Origin: a virus
IMG/VR virus record: IMGVR_UViG_3300042305_002088
Location: 39,279-103,278 of that record
DNA: 64,000 nucleotides
Direction: 5' to 3' (one strand)
Positions 48,590 to 57,903 of this stretch are shown here, piece after piece. A model generated the notes under the pieces. It did not search any database. It saw nothing but the letters and a program-made list of their open reading frames with translations, and had not been told where the DNA came from. The position numbers were made by a program, and so were the translations under genes. Every line of letters begins with the position of its first letter. Within the stretch, counting starts at the first letter, position 1.

Positions 48590-51064
48590 ATGGCTGAATT
48601 AAAACAAAGAAAGTATTATAAAATATTTACAGGTTCAAATCAGGCTGATGGCTATGATAAAATACACCTTGGCTATGAGGCTACCTCAACAGAAATTTTA
48701 TTAAAAAAGGACTACACAACATATTTTCATATGCCCTTTTTTGCTGATATTACACCTATACAAAGTACAACTCTCGTTGCTGATGGTGCTATACCTGGCC
48801 CGATTCCCGCTCTTGCTGATAGAATTTATAAAAAATTAGGCAATTACGGAAACACAACCCCCTGGGGAACATCAACACAGAGACAGGATGGTACCTGGCT
48901 CTGTTCTTGGCTATATGCTGTATCATCAGAGCCACCTCAGTGGATGGATCGTTATTATAACCCAGGCCGTTTAGCGTATAAAGAAGCTTTAGAAGGTAGA
49001 GCAAATTTTACTGACTATTACAAAAGTGATCCAATATACTACGACATCCCTTCGGCTCTGACTCTAGAGCCTGGCGTGCTTTATCAATACACACATTGCG
49101 GTGAAAAATTTGCAGCTGAAGCAGTACATACTTTTAGCGGTAATGATAATACTAAACTCAGACTTAATATTGATACCTGGGCTGATAGCCCTCTTGATAG
49201 TTCAATTTATAAAAACACCGTTACTATTAAAGACTTTAAACAGTCTTGGATTGAGAGTGTGTACGACCCTGGTTATCAAGATAGAAATGTTCTTTCTTTT
49301 AATCACTCGGACTTTGTTGACGCTCAATCCTTATATAGTAATTCATACAATTTAAGTAGTGAGTTTACTCTCTCAATGTGGGTAAGTCACCCAAATTGGG
49401 CGAACGCTACATCTACTCAGCTGGTCGGTAACTTACAACGCGGAGGTTACGGCTTATTTTATAACAATTTATATTATAATCCTTTTATAGCCATACCCGA
49501 AACAAACTACGGTCACCTGTTCTTTTTTAATCAAGAGACTAATTTTTACTACGAAAAAAATATACAAAACACTCTAGGTAAATTTGTAGAAACTCAAATT
49601 GTTAATTTAAACTCAGAGCAAGAAGTAATAGGTTTAGTTTCTGACATTGACGTTACTCGTCTTTATAAGTATGACCATTTAGGTTTTAATATAACTCAAT
49701 CAAGAGATCTTTCTGGTGGTTTTTATAACTTTAATAATGGTACACCAAAATCTTTTATAATAGATCAAAATAATAACTCAATTGTATTTACACTTTCCGG
49801 AGTAGAAGTTTTTGATAAAGATCTCTTATATAAGGGAACAACATATAATAATTTTTATAATACCGCTTCTAGTAATACCCCGTATCAGCCTGGTGAACGT
49901 TATGCATTTGATATGGAAGGTAAGTTACATCGAGAACAAGAAAGCAAAGATGTAAAGTTCGATATTTACAATAATAAATGGTCAATTAAAAATGACGGTA
50001 ACGTATACTGCAACAGTTCTCTTGTAGCTACGATGCAATACGGCGCTACAAAGCTCAGCATTGATCCAAATAATTTTGTTTGGGTTATAGGTAATAACAA
50101 TATTGTATATAAGATTAGCACTATTACAAGAACTATATCTCAAACCTTTTTAGTTGGAGCAGAATTTAAAACAGAGAATATTAAAAGTATAGGTTTTATT
50201 AAATCGTATGATAAAAAAACTAATGAATATACCTGGTATGCTGTAATTTCTTGCAATAATGAAAAAACAGTTTATTTTGTCACTCTAGACGGAAAAATTT
50301 TTAAAAACATTTATTTACCACCGAGACTCAATATTAGAGAACCAGCTACCTCCACCCAAAACCCTAACGCTCTTCAGTTTACATGTCCGGGAGACTTCAC
50401 TGGGTATGAATGGAAAAGAGTGTTTAATGAAAAACTATATAATAATAACCCTCAAGTACAGTTCAAGATTTCTACAAAAGGTAATTATCGAGGGCTACCA
50501 ATCGTAACCCAAGTACTATCTGTACCTGTGCAGTACCTTTTAGATAGTGTATGGAATTTAATAACCGCTACTTTTAAAAACGGGGTAATGAAACTGTATA
50601 TTAATAACTATTTACGGGACTCAATTCAAATACCTCAAAACTCAAATCTAGTATATAACCTAAGAAATAATTTAATATTTGGTTGCCCGTTTGGCGAAGC
50701 AGATAATTTAAATAAAGAAATATTGACAACATCTATTATCTGGAATGGCTATATTGATAGTGTTAAGATTTATGATTATGCTCTAGATCCAAAATTTATA
50801 CAATACCTAGTAAGAGAGAAAGTAAAAGCAGGAGATATTACCTGGAATATTCCAACAGCAGCTTTACAGTATGTAGAGGTTGTAGATAGATTCTTTAAAC
50901 ACAGAGTACCCGGTTCCAAAAGCCAGTTCTTTAATATTAGACTCACTGGTTCTAGTATTACTGATCCAGCCGTTAAAAAGCAAATTGAAGAAGATATTAA
51001 ATTAGCCGTCAGTCAAATTAAACCAGCTTACACCGAACTTCTTCAAATTGAATGGATAGAATAA
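48590..51064 (+). CDS. Virion protein with LamG/ConA-like domain interrupted by propeller-like repeats
   Basis: 'FTLSMWV', 'WNLITATFKNGVMKLYIN', 'WNGYIDSVKIYDYAL'. Confidence 0.65.
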   Translation: MAELKQRKYYKIFTGSNQADGYDKIHLGYEATSTEILLKKDYTTYFHMPFFADITPIQSTTLVADGAIPGPIPALADRIYKKLGNYGNTTPWGTSTQRQDGTWLCSWLYAVSSEPPQWMDRYYNPGRLAYKEALEGRANFTDYYKSDPIYYDIPSALTLEPGVLYQYTHCGEKFAAEAVHTFSGNDNTKLRLNIDTWADSPLDSSIYKNTVTIKDFKQSWIESVYDPGYQDRNVLSFNHSDFVDAQSLYSNSYNLSSEFTLSMWVSHPNWANATSTQLVGNLQRGGYGLFYNNLYYNPFIAIPETNYGHLFFFNQETNFYYEKNIQNTLGKFVETQIVNLNSEQEVIGLVSDIDVTRLYKYDHLGFNITQSRDLSGGFYNFNNGTPKSFIIDQNNNSIVFTLSGVEVFDKDLLYKGTTYNNFYNTASSNTPYQPGERYAFDMEGKLHREQESKDVKFDIYNNKWSIKNDGNVYCNSSLVATMQYGATKLSIDPNNFVWVIGNNNIVYKISTITRTISQTFLVGAEFKTENIKSIGFIKSYDKKTNEYTWYAVISCNNEKTVYFVTLDGKIFKNIYLPPRLNIREPATSTQNPNALQFTCPGDFTGYEWKRVFNEKLYNNNPQVQFKISTKGNYRGLPIVTQVLSVPVQYLLDSVWNLITATFKNGVMKLYINNYLRDSIQIPQNSNLVYNLRNNLIFGCPFGEADNLNKEILTTSIIWNGYIDSVKIYDYALDPKFIQYLVREKVKAGDITWNIPTAALQYVEVVDRFFKHRVPGSKSQFFNIRLTGSSITDPAVKKQIEEDIKLAVSQIKPAYTELLQIEWIE

Positions 51065-51086
51065 AAAACAACTTTAAATACATATA

Positions 51087-53804
51087 ATGCCTGCAACAAC
51101 ACCTCCATATATATTTACCCAAGGTATACCAGATAACATCTACTTACCTGCTGACGGTCAGGGCGTTGAATATACTACTATTTTAAATATTGGTTTATCC
51201 GGTACTCTTTCTCTTGAAAATTGTTATGACAAATACGGTGTGTTATGGAGATGGTCAACATTTGAATCTGGTGCATCTGCTAATACGAATTTACTAGCTC
51301 TCGGAATAGATTCAAGTACAAACTCTTCAGGTCTCTGTGCTTTAAGCAGCACTCGAGTTCCCTTTCCTTCTTCTTGGGCTACAACAACGTGCTTTTCAGA
51401 CGCTAGCAATATACCGGTTAGTCTTACACCACAGTACGGAACGTATCCAAAAACCTGGCAAAATGAAAGGCCATTATCAGCAGAACTCTTTAATCCGGTC
51501 GCTGTTAATACTATTTGCTCTGCAGTATCTATTACTTTTACTCTAAGTACTGATCTTTGGTCAGACTCCCACACAGTACCACTATCAGTTGGTAATAGTC
51601 ATATTTTTGAATTAAGCTTATTAGAAAATGGTTCTACTGCCTTAACATTATCCCGTAATCAAGCAACTATTTTAACGTTGAATGCAACCTCATCTGGCTC
51701 ATGTTATGATGTTGCCACCGCTACGTTTAATGATTGGGTTATTAGCGAAACTAAACAGCTAACATCTTACCCGCCACCTATTATTAGTATATATACCCCA
51801 AATCGATTTGTATTATCGGGTTCAGTAATAAACTTTGAAAATATTTCTACCTCTTTAGAATTAGTCACCGGTCTTAATATAAATTTAGACGACGGTAAAA
51901 GTATCTTTTTATCAGGTAATAATATTAATAACTCTTTCAGTGTTTCGTATGATATACTAGGATATAAAACAATTCATGTTACAGTACTACCCGATTATAA
52001 CGGTCTAACTTTAACTCAATCTTTCCCTAACATCATTCAAGTAGTAGAAAACTACGACGATGTATCCCCTACGGAGTATCGTTCTCAGCTAACACCTATT
52101 AGCTTACCATGGTCAACACCACCGGTTGTTTACTCTAACGACTGGGTAACAGAAGATAATATCAATAGTTGTTTTAAGAAGTTTTATGACAACCTAGATT
52201 ACCTGGAATCTAGAGGTCGTGTTTATAATAGTAATGTTACAGATTATTTTGGCTATCTCGGGGTTCAACCACTTGACTCCGAATTAAACCGTAGTAGATG
52301 TCTTAGATGGACATGGCAGGACCTCGACTGCTTAAATTCAAACCTACCGTATACAGTAACTTGGGCGGATGTTTTATCTTCTTCAATACCAGGTCTTAGA
52401 GGTGTATGGACTTCAAACGCTTTAAGTGGTAGTTGCGGAACTTGGTTTGATAACAGACCTAGAGCTCGGGACGTAAGTATTAGTTGTTATCAAAAATATT
52501 GTACAGAATGGAAGTGGATATCCCGTAAACTTGAAACCGCTGCAATACCTATTACCTGGTCTCAGTCTGTTTCTGGAGGACAGTATCAAAAGAGATGGTA
52601 TTACGAGCCCTGTGAATCAGAAGACCGTAGTATTGATATCTCTTGTAGTACTGGTGTTTGGAACGTCAATATTCCAAAACTTGACACCTACTACGACCCT
52701 ATTGCTAACCCTTACAGACAACCTAGATGCATACTCACAGGTATTGCTTCTAAGAATAATCAAATTTACCTTACAAGAAAAATACAGCTACTGCTTCTTA
52801 CAAAAGAATATAACTATGGTACTAACTTCTTACCTAGACTTTATTCAAATCTTAAAAATATCTGTATAGATTCTCAAGATAAAATTTATGTTCTTGATAG
52901 TACACAATCTCGAGTAGATGTTTATACATATCAAACGGGTACTCCAGGAGAAGATTGGGAACTATTTACATCATGGGGCGGTGTAGGCACCGCTGGTTCT
53001 AATATTCGTTTCTTTAACCCTAATGATATACATATTGATCAACTTGATAACGTTTGGGTTTGTGATACCGGTAATAATGTTGTTAAACATTATTCAAACT
53101 CTGGTACCTGGATTAAAACACTTCGAGACGATGTATTTAAAGACAATCCGCCAACCTCTCTATGTGTTGACAGTCAAAAGAATGTACACATTTTAACTGG
53201 TAAAGAAATTAGAATTTATACGTATGACGGAGCATTTGTAGGTATATATAAACATGATGAAATAGAAGGCGCAATAAAAATTAACTCATCTCACAACCGG
53301 GAAGTTGTTTACGTTATATCTCAAACCCAAGCTGGTAAATATTTCCGTAATGGTATATTTTTCGGATACATAATTGAAGAAAAACAAAATGTAACTAATA
53401 TAAATGCAATTTATCAAGATGAATTTAGAAATATTTTAATAACAACAGATGATAAAGTTTTAAAGTATCCCGATTTAATGTTATTAGAGCGTATAAAGGA
53501 TACACTACCAACATCCTATTGGACTCTTCAAGATCTCTATATTCATAAAAACGAATATATACAGAGCTGGGTTTATACAAAATCGTTCCAGAGACTCTGG
53601 GACAATATTGAAATCTTTAGAAACACTCTATATTTCTCTTCTGGTAACTGTAAATCCTATGTTGGTCCTATACACGAAAAAGAAAAAATGGTAATAGGTC
53701 AAAACGAAATTGTAACATCTACGGTTGTAAATAGAGTCTTAGGTTATCTTTGGGAAAACCTTTATACTCTTATAGACTACTTTGACCCAGATTGCCGTAA
53801 TTAA
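51087..53804 (+). CDS. Virion protein with Cys/Trp repeats and NHL beta-propeller
   Basis: NHL repeats 'ICIDSQDKIYVLD' and 'FFNPNDIHIDQLDNVWVCDTGNN'. Confidence 0.7.
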   Translation: MPATTPPYIFTQGIPDNIYLPADGQGVEYTTILNIGLSGTLSLENCYDKYGVLWRWSTFESGASANTNLLALGIDSSTNSSGLCALSSTRVPFPSSWATTTCFSDASNIPVSLTPQYGTYPKTWQNERPLSAELFNPVAVNTICSAVSITFTLSTDLWSDSHTVPLSVGNSHIFELSLLENGSTALTLSRNQATILTLNATSSGSCYDVATATFNDWVISETKQLTSYPPPIISIYTPNRFVLSGSVINFENISTSLELVTGLNINLDDGKSIFLSGNNINNSFSVSYDILGYKTIHVTVLPDYNGLTLTQSFPNIIQVVENYDDVSPTEYRSQLTPISLPWSTPPVVYSNDWVTEDNINSCFKKFYDNLDYLESRGRVYNSNVTDYFGYLGVQPLDSELNRSRCLRWTWQDLDCLNSNLPYTVTWADVLSSSIPGLRGVWTSNALSGSCGTWFDNRPRARDVSISCYQKYCTEWKWISRKLETAAIPITWSQSVSGGQYQKRWYYEPCESEDRSIDISCSTGVWNVNIPKLDTYYDPIANPYRQPRCILTGIASKNNQIYLTRKIQLLLLTKEYNYGTNFLPRLYSNLKNICIDSQDKIYVLDSTQSRVDVYTYQTGTPGEDWELFTSWGGVGTAGSNIRFFNPNDIHIDQLDNVWVCDTGNNVVKHYSNSGTWIKTLRDDVFKDNPPTSLCVDSQKNVHILTGKEIRIYTYDGAFVGIYKHDEIEGAIKINSSHNREVVYVISQTQAGKYFRNGIFFGYIIEEKQNVTNINAIYQDEFRNILITTDDKVLKYPDLMLLERIKDTLPTSYWTLQDLYIHKNEYIQSWVYTKSFQRLWDNIEIFRNTLYFSSGNCKSYVGPIHEKEKMVIGQNEIVTSTVVNRVLGYLWENLYTLIDYFDPDCRN

Positions 53805-53811
53805 ATTAACT

Positions 53812-53819
53812 TATAAATA
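53812..53819 (+). promoter_or_regulatory. Canonical T4 late promoter TATAAATA
   Basis: Exact consensus, 5 nt before ATG 53825. Confidence 0.7.
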
Positions 53820-53824
53820 AACAT

Positions 53825-54376
53825 ATGGCCTGTAATACAAGCATAACAATTATTAATCAAGACGAATATATAGGCAACTCTTTAGACGCTATAAATAGAA
53901 ACTTTGAAAATCTTCGGGATGGTGTAAATACTAATTGCACTAACCTACTTTCAGCTACTGATGTTTTAGGTACTTTAAGAACTATCACAACTACATTGCA
54001 AGGTTATGCACAAGGTAGACCAAAAGCTTGGGTTGTATTCGATGGCACAAGAGATATTGATAATATAGTAAATGCGGTTCCAAGTCTTCGCTATATAAAC
54101 TCATCTTACAAGATTATTGAAGTATATAAAGAGGATACTGGTGTATATAGTGTGTATTTTGCTGAGGATGTTATTTTTGTCGATCCTCCACCAAACGAGC
54201 TACCTGCCTATAGTGCACTTGTAACATCTACTACAAAAACTGCTACTACTGGAGGACTTTATACCTGGGCACAAGTAACACAGTATGAAGTTGACCGGTT
54301 AATTGTAGTAGTAAACGACGGTCAAAGTTCTCCTAATTACGCAGATCCTGATCGTATAACTGTAGCTATATTTTAA
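53825..54376 (+). CDS. Short fibre-like virion protein
   Basis: 'IGNSLDAINRNFENL' anchor and 'KAWVVFDG...TGVYSVYF' head. Confidence 0.65.
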   Translation: MACNTSITIINQDEYIGNSLDAINRNFENLRDGVNTNCTNLLSATDVLGTLRTITTTLQGYAQGRPKAWVVFDGTRDIDNIVNAVPSLRYINSSYKIIEVYKEDTGVYSVYFAEDVIFVDPPPNELPAYSALVTSTTKTATTGGLYTWAQVTQYEVDRLIVVVNDGQSSPNYADPDRITVAIF

Positions 54377-54379
54377 TTT

Positions 54380-54907
54380 ATGAGTGTAAGACTTTGTACA
54401 GACCCTTACGCAATTTTACCAATCAATATAAATGAATGTATTGGTCAGTCTCTTAACACTATTAACTCTTATTATACACTTGTACAAGAGAACGTCTGTC
54501 TACAAAACGATGAAGTAGAAGAGTTAAGAAGTGATCTACGAGCTCTATCCTCTGATGTTTACGCTTTATCATCTGATATTACAAATTTTCCAAAAGCCTT
54601 TGTATCGTTCAGTGGCAACCTTTCAACCGTTGCAAATACTTTAGAAATTTTTAATAGTTATAATGTTAGTACAGTTGTCGTTGTAACAACGGGTATATAT
54701 GACATTTATTTTACTACAAATTTTGCAAATACTAATTTCGGCGCAATTGCAACCTGTTCTAGTGTATTAGGTACAACAGGTTACGGCCGTACAACTCTTG
54801 GTACAGGTAATTACACAGTCTCTTCTGTGAGAGTACGAGTCGAGAATAAAGACGGAACAATTACAACTAACACTCCAACCACAGTAGCAGTAGTAGTATT
54901 TGCTTAA
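54380..54907 (+). CDS. Short fibre-like virion protein (paralogue of 53825)
   Basis: 'CIGQSLNTINSYY' anchor and 'KAFVSFSG...TGIYDIYF' head. Confidence 0.65.
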   Translation: MSVRLCTDPYAILPININECIGQSLNTINSYYTLVQENVCLQNDEVEELRSDLRALSSDVYALSSDITNFPKAFVSFSGNLSTVANTLEIFNSYNVSTVVVVTTGIYDIYFTTNFANTNFGAIATCSSVLGTTGYGRTTLGTGNYTVSSVRVRVENKDGTITTNTPTTVAVVVFA

Positions 54908-54924
54908 TAAATAAATAAGAAGAT

Positions 54925-55683
54925 ATGCCTCGCAGCTTTACAACTTTTATACCTGATTCAGATTGTATTGGGGATTCTCTCAATACTATTAATACAAGTT
55001 ATCTAAAATTAGATGAAGAGTGTCAGAGGTTAGATACATATGATAACACTTTACGAGCAGCTATAACACCCTCTGGAAACAATCTTACAGTAGCCAATAA
55101 TTTAACAGTTACAAACATAGCTACGACAAATACACTTACAGTAACTAACAATTTAACTGCAACAGGTGGTAACGTTAAACTTCAAACCGGCAGAATAATA
55201 CGACAAATTATGGTAGAGTCAGACACTACCGGTCGTGCTATTCCTGCAGCCTGGACATTAGGGCCTGTATTTACAACAATGACTGGGTGTAAAGCCGGTT
55301 CGTTAATACGTCTATCTTATTATGTGCCTGCCAGAAATGACGGCAACAGCTGGGGCGGCTTATATATTGAACCTCAAATTTCATTTAATAATGGAGCAGG
55401 TTATTTTAGTTTAGGTTCTACCGGCCATTCTCTTGTAATGGAGTCTTATGCAAGTATTGCGACACTCTTTAATCAGTTATTAATAGACCCGAATCAAACT
55501 TCAGACTTTTCGGTTAAGTTTAGATTTTATTATCTATGCTATAACGATGCAAATACTACCGTTAATTCAGGTAATGCTATTAATAATATAAGTTCTACTG
55601 CAACGCTCGGGCTATTACCTAATACAGCAATAAACAACCAAAACCAGCACTATACAAAAATTATAGTAGAAGAGCTTTATTAA
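54925..55683 (+). CDS. Short fibre-like virion protein
   Basis: 'CIGDSLNTINTSYLKL' anchor, 'NLTV' shaft repeats, 'GRIIRQ...IIVEEL' head. Confidence 0.65.
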   Translation: MPRSFTTFIPDSDCIGDSLNTINTSYLKLDEECQRLDTYDNTLRAAITPSGNNLTVANNLTVTNIATTNTLTVTNNLTATGGNVKLQTGRIIRQIMVESDTTGRAIPAAWTLGPVFTTMTGCKAGSLIRLSYYVPARNDGNSWGGLYIEPQISFNNGAGYFSLGSTGHSLVMESYASIATLFNQLLIDPNQTSDFSVKFRFYYLCYNDANTTVNSGNAINNISSTATLGLLPNTAINNQNQHYTKIIVEELY

Positions 55684-55725
55684 CATAGAAAATCACCCCC
55701 TCTAGAATAAATATAATTACAACAT

Positions 55726-56520
55726 ATGAAGAAAAATCCTCTCGAAGAAATCTATGCATCAAAGGTTCTAGTTTCTGAATCAGTACCTTCAAGTAAAGTT
55801 AAAGGCGAAAAAGAATTAGACGCAATGATTCACGGTAAGAAAGCACAACCAGTATCAGGCCAAGGCCCAGATAAGGTTAAAGACGTTGAAAAGCCAGAAG
55901 AAGCTGAAGGCACAGACGTTAAAGCTGCTGCTCCAAAAGTTCTTAAGGATTCAGTAGAAGAAGCCCCTAAGAAATCATTCGAAGGTTCATTTGAAAAACT
56001 TTTCAAAGCCACAATCAATGAAGACATGATGGAAGATATGGCTGCTGATTCAATGGAAGTTGAAGTGCCAACCTCAAACGAAGAGATGGTAGACGAGCTC
56101 GAAGGTGAAGCTGATGAAGTGTCAGATCTCGTATCAGATCTTAAAGATCTTATGGGTAAGCTTCAAACAATTCTCGATAAAGTAACTGACGAGGCTGGTT
56201 CAGAAGAAAAAGAAGACGAAGCTGCTGAGATGGAATTCGGTGACGAATCAGCTGAAGAAGAAGTAGAGTCAGAGGAAAAAGAAGAAGAGAAGCCAATGGG
56301 TGAAGCTACTGAATTAAAGCCGCTCGGTGATAAGAGTAAAGTTCTTCAAAATAAGAACAACAAAGCTGGTTCAGTAAAACCTCACGGTGGTAAAGCTCAT
56401 GGTGGTGATGTTGAATCAGATCCAGAGCTCAAGCCTGCTAAATCATTTGATAAAGCACTTCAAAACCCAAAAGGTAAAGCTGAAGTTGGCAACGTCAAGA
56501 AGGGCGAATTCTTCAAATAA
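55726..56520 (+). CDS. Acidic/charged low-complexity protein, probably abundant in the prohead
   Basis: E/K-rich. Has its own extended late promoter and a strong terminator. Confidence 0.55.
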   Translation: MKKNPLEEIYASKVLVSESVPSSKVKGEKELDAMIHGKKAQPVSGQGPDKVKDVEKPEEAEGTDVKAAAPKVLKDSVEEAPKKSFEGSFEKLFKATINEDMMEDMAADSMEVEVPTSNEEMVDELEGEADEVSDLVSDLKDLMGKLQTILDKVTDEAGSEEKEDEAAEMEFGDESAEEEVESEEKEEEKPMGEATELKPLGDKSKVLQNKNNKAGSVKPHGGKAHGGDVESDPELKPAKSFDKALQNPKGKAEVGNVKKGEFFK

Positions 56521-56543
56521 GAAGTCTTAACAGAAATTAAATG

Positions 56544-56570
56544 ACGGCCCCGCAAGGGGCCGTTTCTGTT
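56544..56570 (+). terminator. Rho-independent terminator
   Basis: Stem ACGGCCCC / GCAA tetraloop / GGGGCCGT followed by TTCTGTTT. Confidence 0.9.
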
Positions 56571-56596
56571 TGTAGAGAAAAGCTTAAATACAATAT

Positions 56597-57175
56597 ATGA
56601 AGAAACTGTTTGAAGAGGAATTTAATAAGGCTTATCTCAAATATCATACAGACCCTATTGCCCCTAATTCATTAGATCCTCGTGCATGGTACTTCCTCCC
56701 TAATGGTGGAGACCCGAAGTTACAACCCGAGGTAAAAACACAGATACTTCAAGATATCGACCGTATTAATGGTGCTGAGGGAGAGGGTGCAAAAAAAAGA
56801 GTCTGGGATTACTTTATTGTTGGCCCAGTATTAGATGAAAACTCTTCTGAAAAATGCTCTATAAACGTTCTGGTACAAATTAATAAAACAAATTTGGATG
56901 ATACGCTTAAAGAGAGAATACTTCAAACCATCAAACAAATTAATGGACGTTTAGCTACTGGCACCCTTCATCCCATTTATTACATCCCCACCGTTAGAGA
57001 TTTAGACAAAGAAAGATATCCAGCTATCTACCATCCCTTCACTGAGCAATGGGTTAAAAAGCCTAGATTTCTAGGAGAGGCTAAATCTGATTTAGATAAA
57101 CTCACAGAAGATCCAACCAAAAAGAAACACAAGTACTCCCTAAAAAGAGGTCTCAAGAAAATAGCAACTATCTAA
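56597..57175 (+). CDS. Hypothetical protein, degenerate nucleotidyltransferase-like
   Basis: 'KLQPEVKTQIL...VWDYFIVGPVL...CSINVLV' has the spacing of the GS...DxD motif without the catalytic residues. Confidence 0.4.
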   Translation: MKKLFEEEFNKAYLKYHTDPIAPNSLDPRAWYFLPNGGDPKLQPEVKTQILQDIDRINGAEGEGAKKRVWDYFIVGPVLDENSSEKCSINVLVQINKTNLDDTLKERILQTIKQINGRLATGTLHPIYYIPTVRDLDKERYPAIYHPFTEQWVKKPRFLGEAKSDLDKLTEDPTKKKHKYSLKRGLKKIATI

Positions 57176-57176
57176 A

Positions 57177-57890
57177 ATGGAAAAAGTCCGTTATCTAAAC
57201 AAAACAATAAATGATAACGAGAGAAATTTAGTCTCCGGTTATTGGAAAGAACAGATTGAGCACTATGGTGCTGAGGTAACTTATTATACTCATGGCTACA
57301 CTCTTTCTTCTCATTATTATCTTTACGGAGAAGATCCAACAACACCCTTCGTATCAGCTGGTCCTATTGTAATGTTAACCGATATTACAAATGATGCTAT
57401 TATGCTTTCTAAGTTTGGCATTATGGCTGACTGTGATATGACTTGTGTGTTACATATTTCATCCTTTCAAGAGTTCTTTGGAACATATAGAGAACCAAAA
57501 GCTGGAGACTTAATAGAATTAAAAGAGTATGGTGGTGCCGGAGACAGACCTGGCGGTAGAGGTGCTCCTGTATATGAAATAACTGAAAGAGATGATCAAA
57601 ATTTACAATTTAATGCCAACCAACTCATGGGCCATTACATTTGGGTTATAAAATGCAAACGTTGGGAATACTCATCCGAGCCTGGTACACCTCAAGAGCC
57701 GCTCAATATACAGTTTAACGATGACGAAGAGTATGGAAGAGAAGCTGGAGGCGCTAACCCTGAAGAACTGGTACAACCATACGAACAATCAAATGACAAG
57801 TCTGCTAAATGTATCGTTGATCAAGACTTATTACCTAACCAAGAGAAAACAGAAATCTATGGCTACTACGGAGGGTTGAAAGAATTATAA
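57177..57890 (+). CDS. gp14: Neck protein (gp14-like)
   Basis: EQIEHYG.EVTY, LYGEDP, LSKFGI, PKAGDLI, YIWVIKCKRWEYS. Confidence 0.8.
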   Translation: MEKVRYLNKTINDNERNLVSGYWKEQIEHYGAEVTYYTHGYTLSSHYYLYGEDPTTPFVSAGPIVMLTDITNDAIMLSKFGIMADCDMTCVLHISSFQEFFGTYREPKAGDLIELKEYGGAGDRPGGRGAPVYEITERDDQNLQFNANQLMGHYIWVIKCKRWEYSSEPGTPQEPLNIQFNDDEEYGREAGGANPEELVQPYEQSNDKSAKCIVDQDLLPNQEKTEIYGYYGGLKEL

Positions 57891-57903
57891 TTAAATAACT
57901 AAT

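Noticed and set aside
45608-55683. Diversity-generating retroelement or invertible cassette acting on fibre genes
   Set aside because: No reverse transcriptase or recombinase is present, and I saw no near-identical template/variable repeat pair. The paralogues are diverged at the DNA level.
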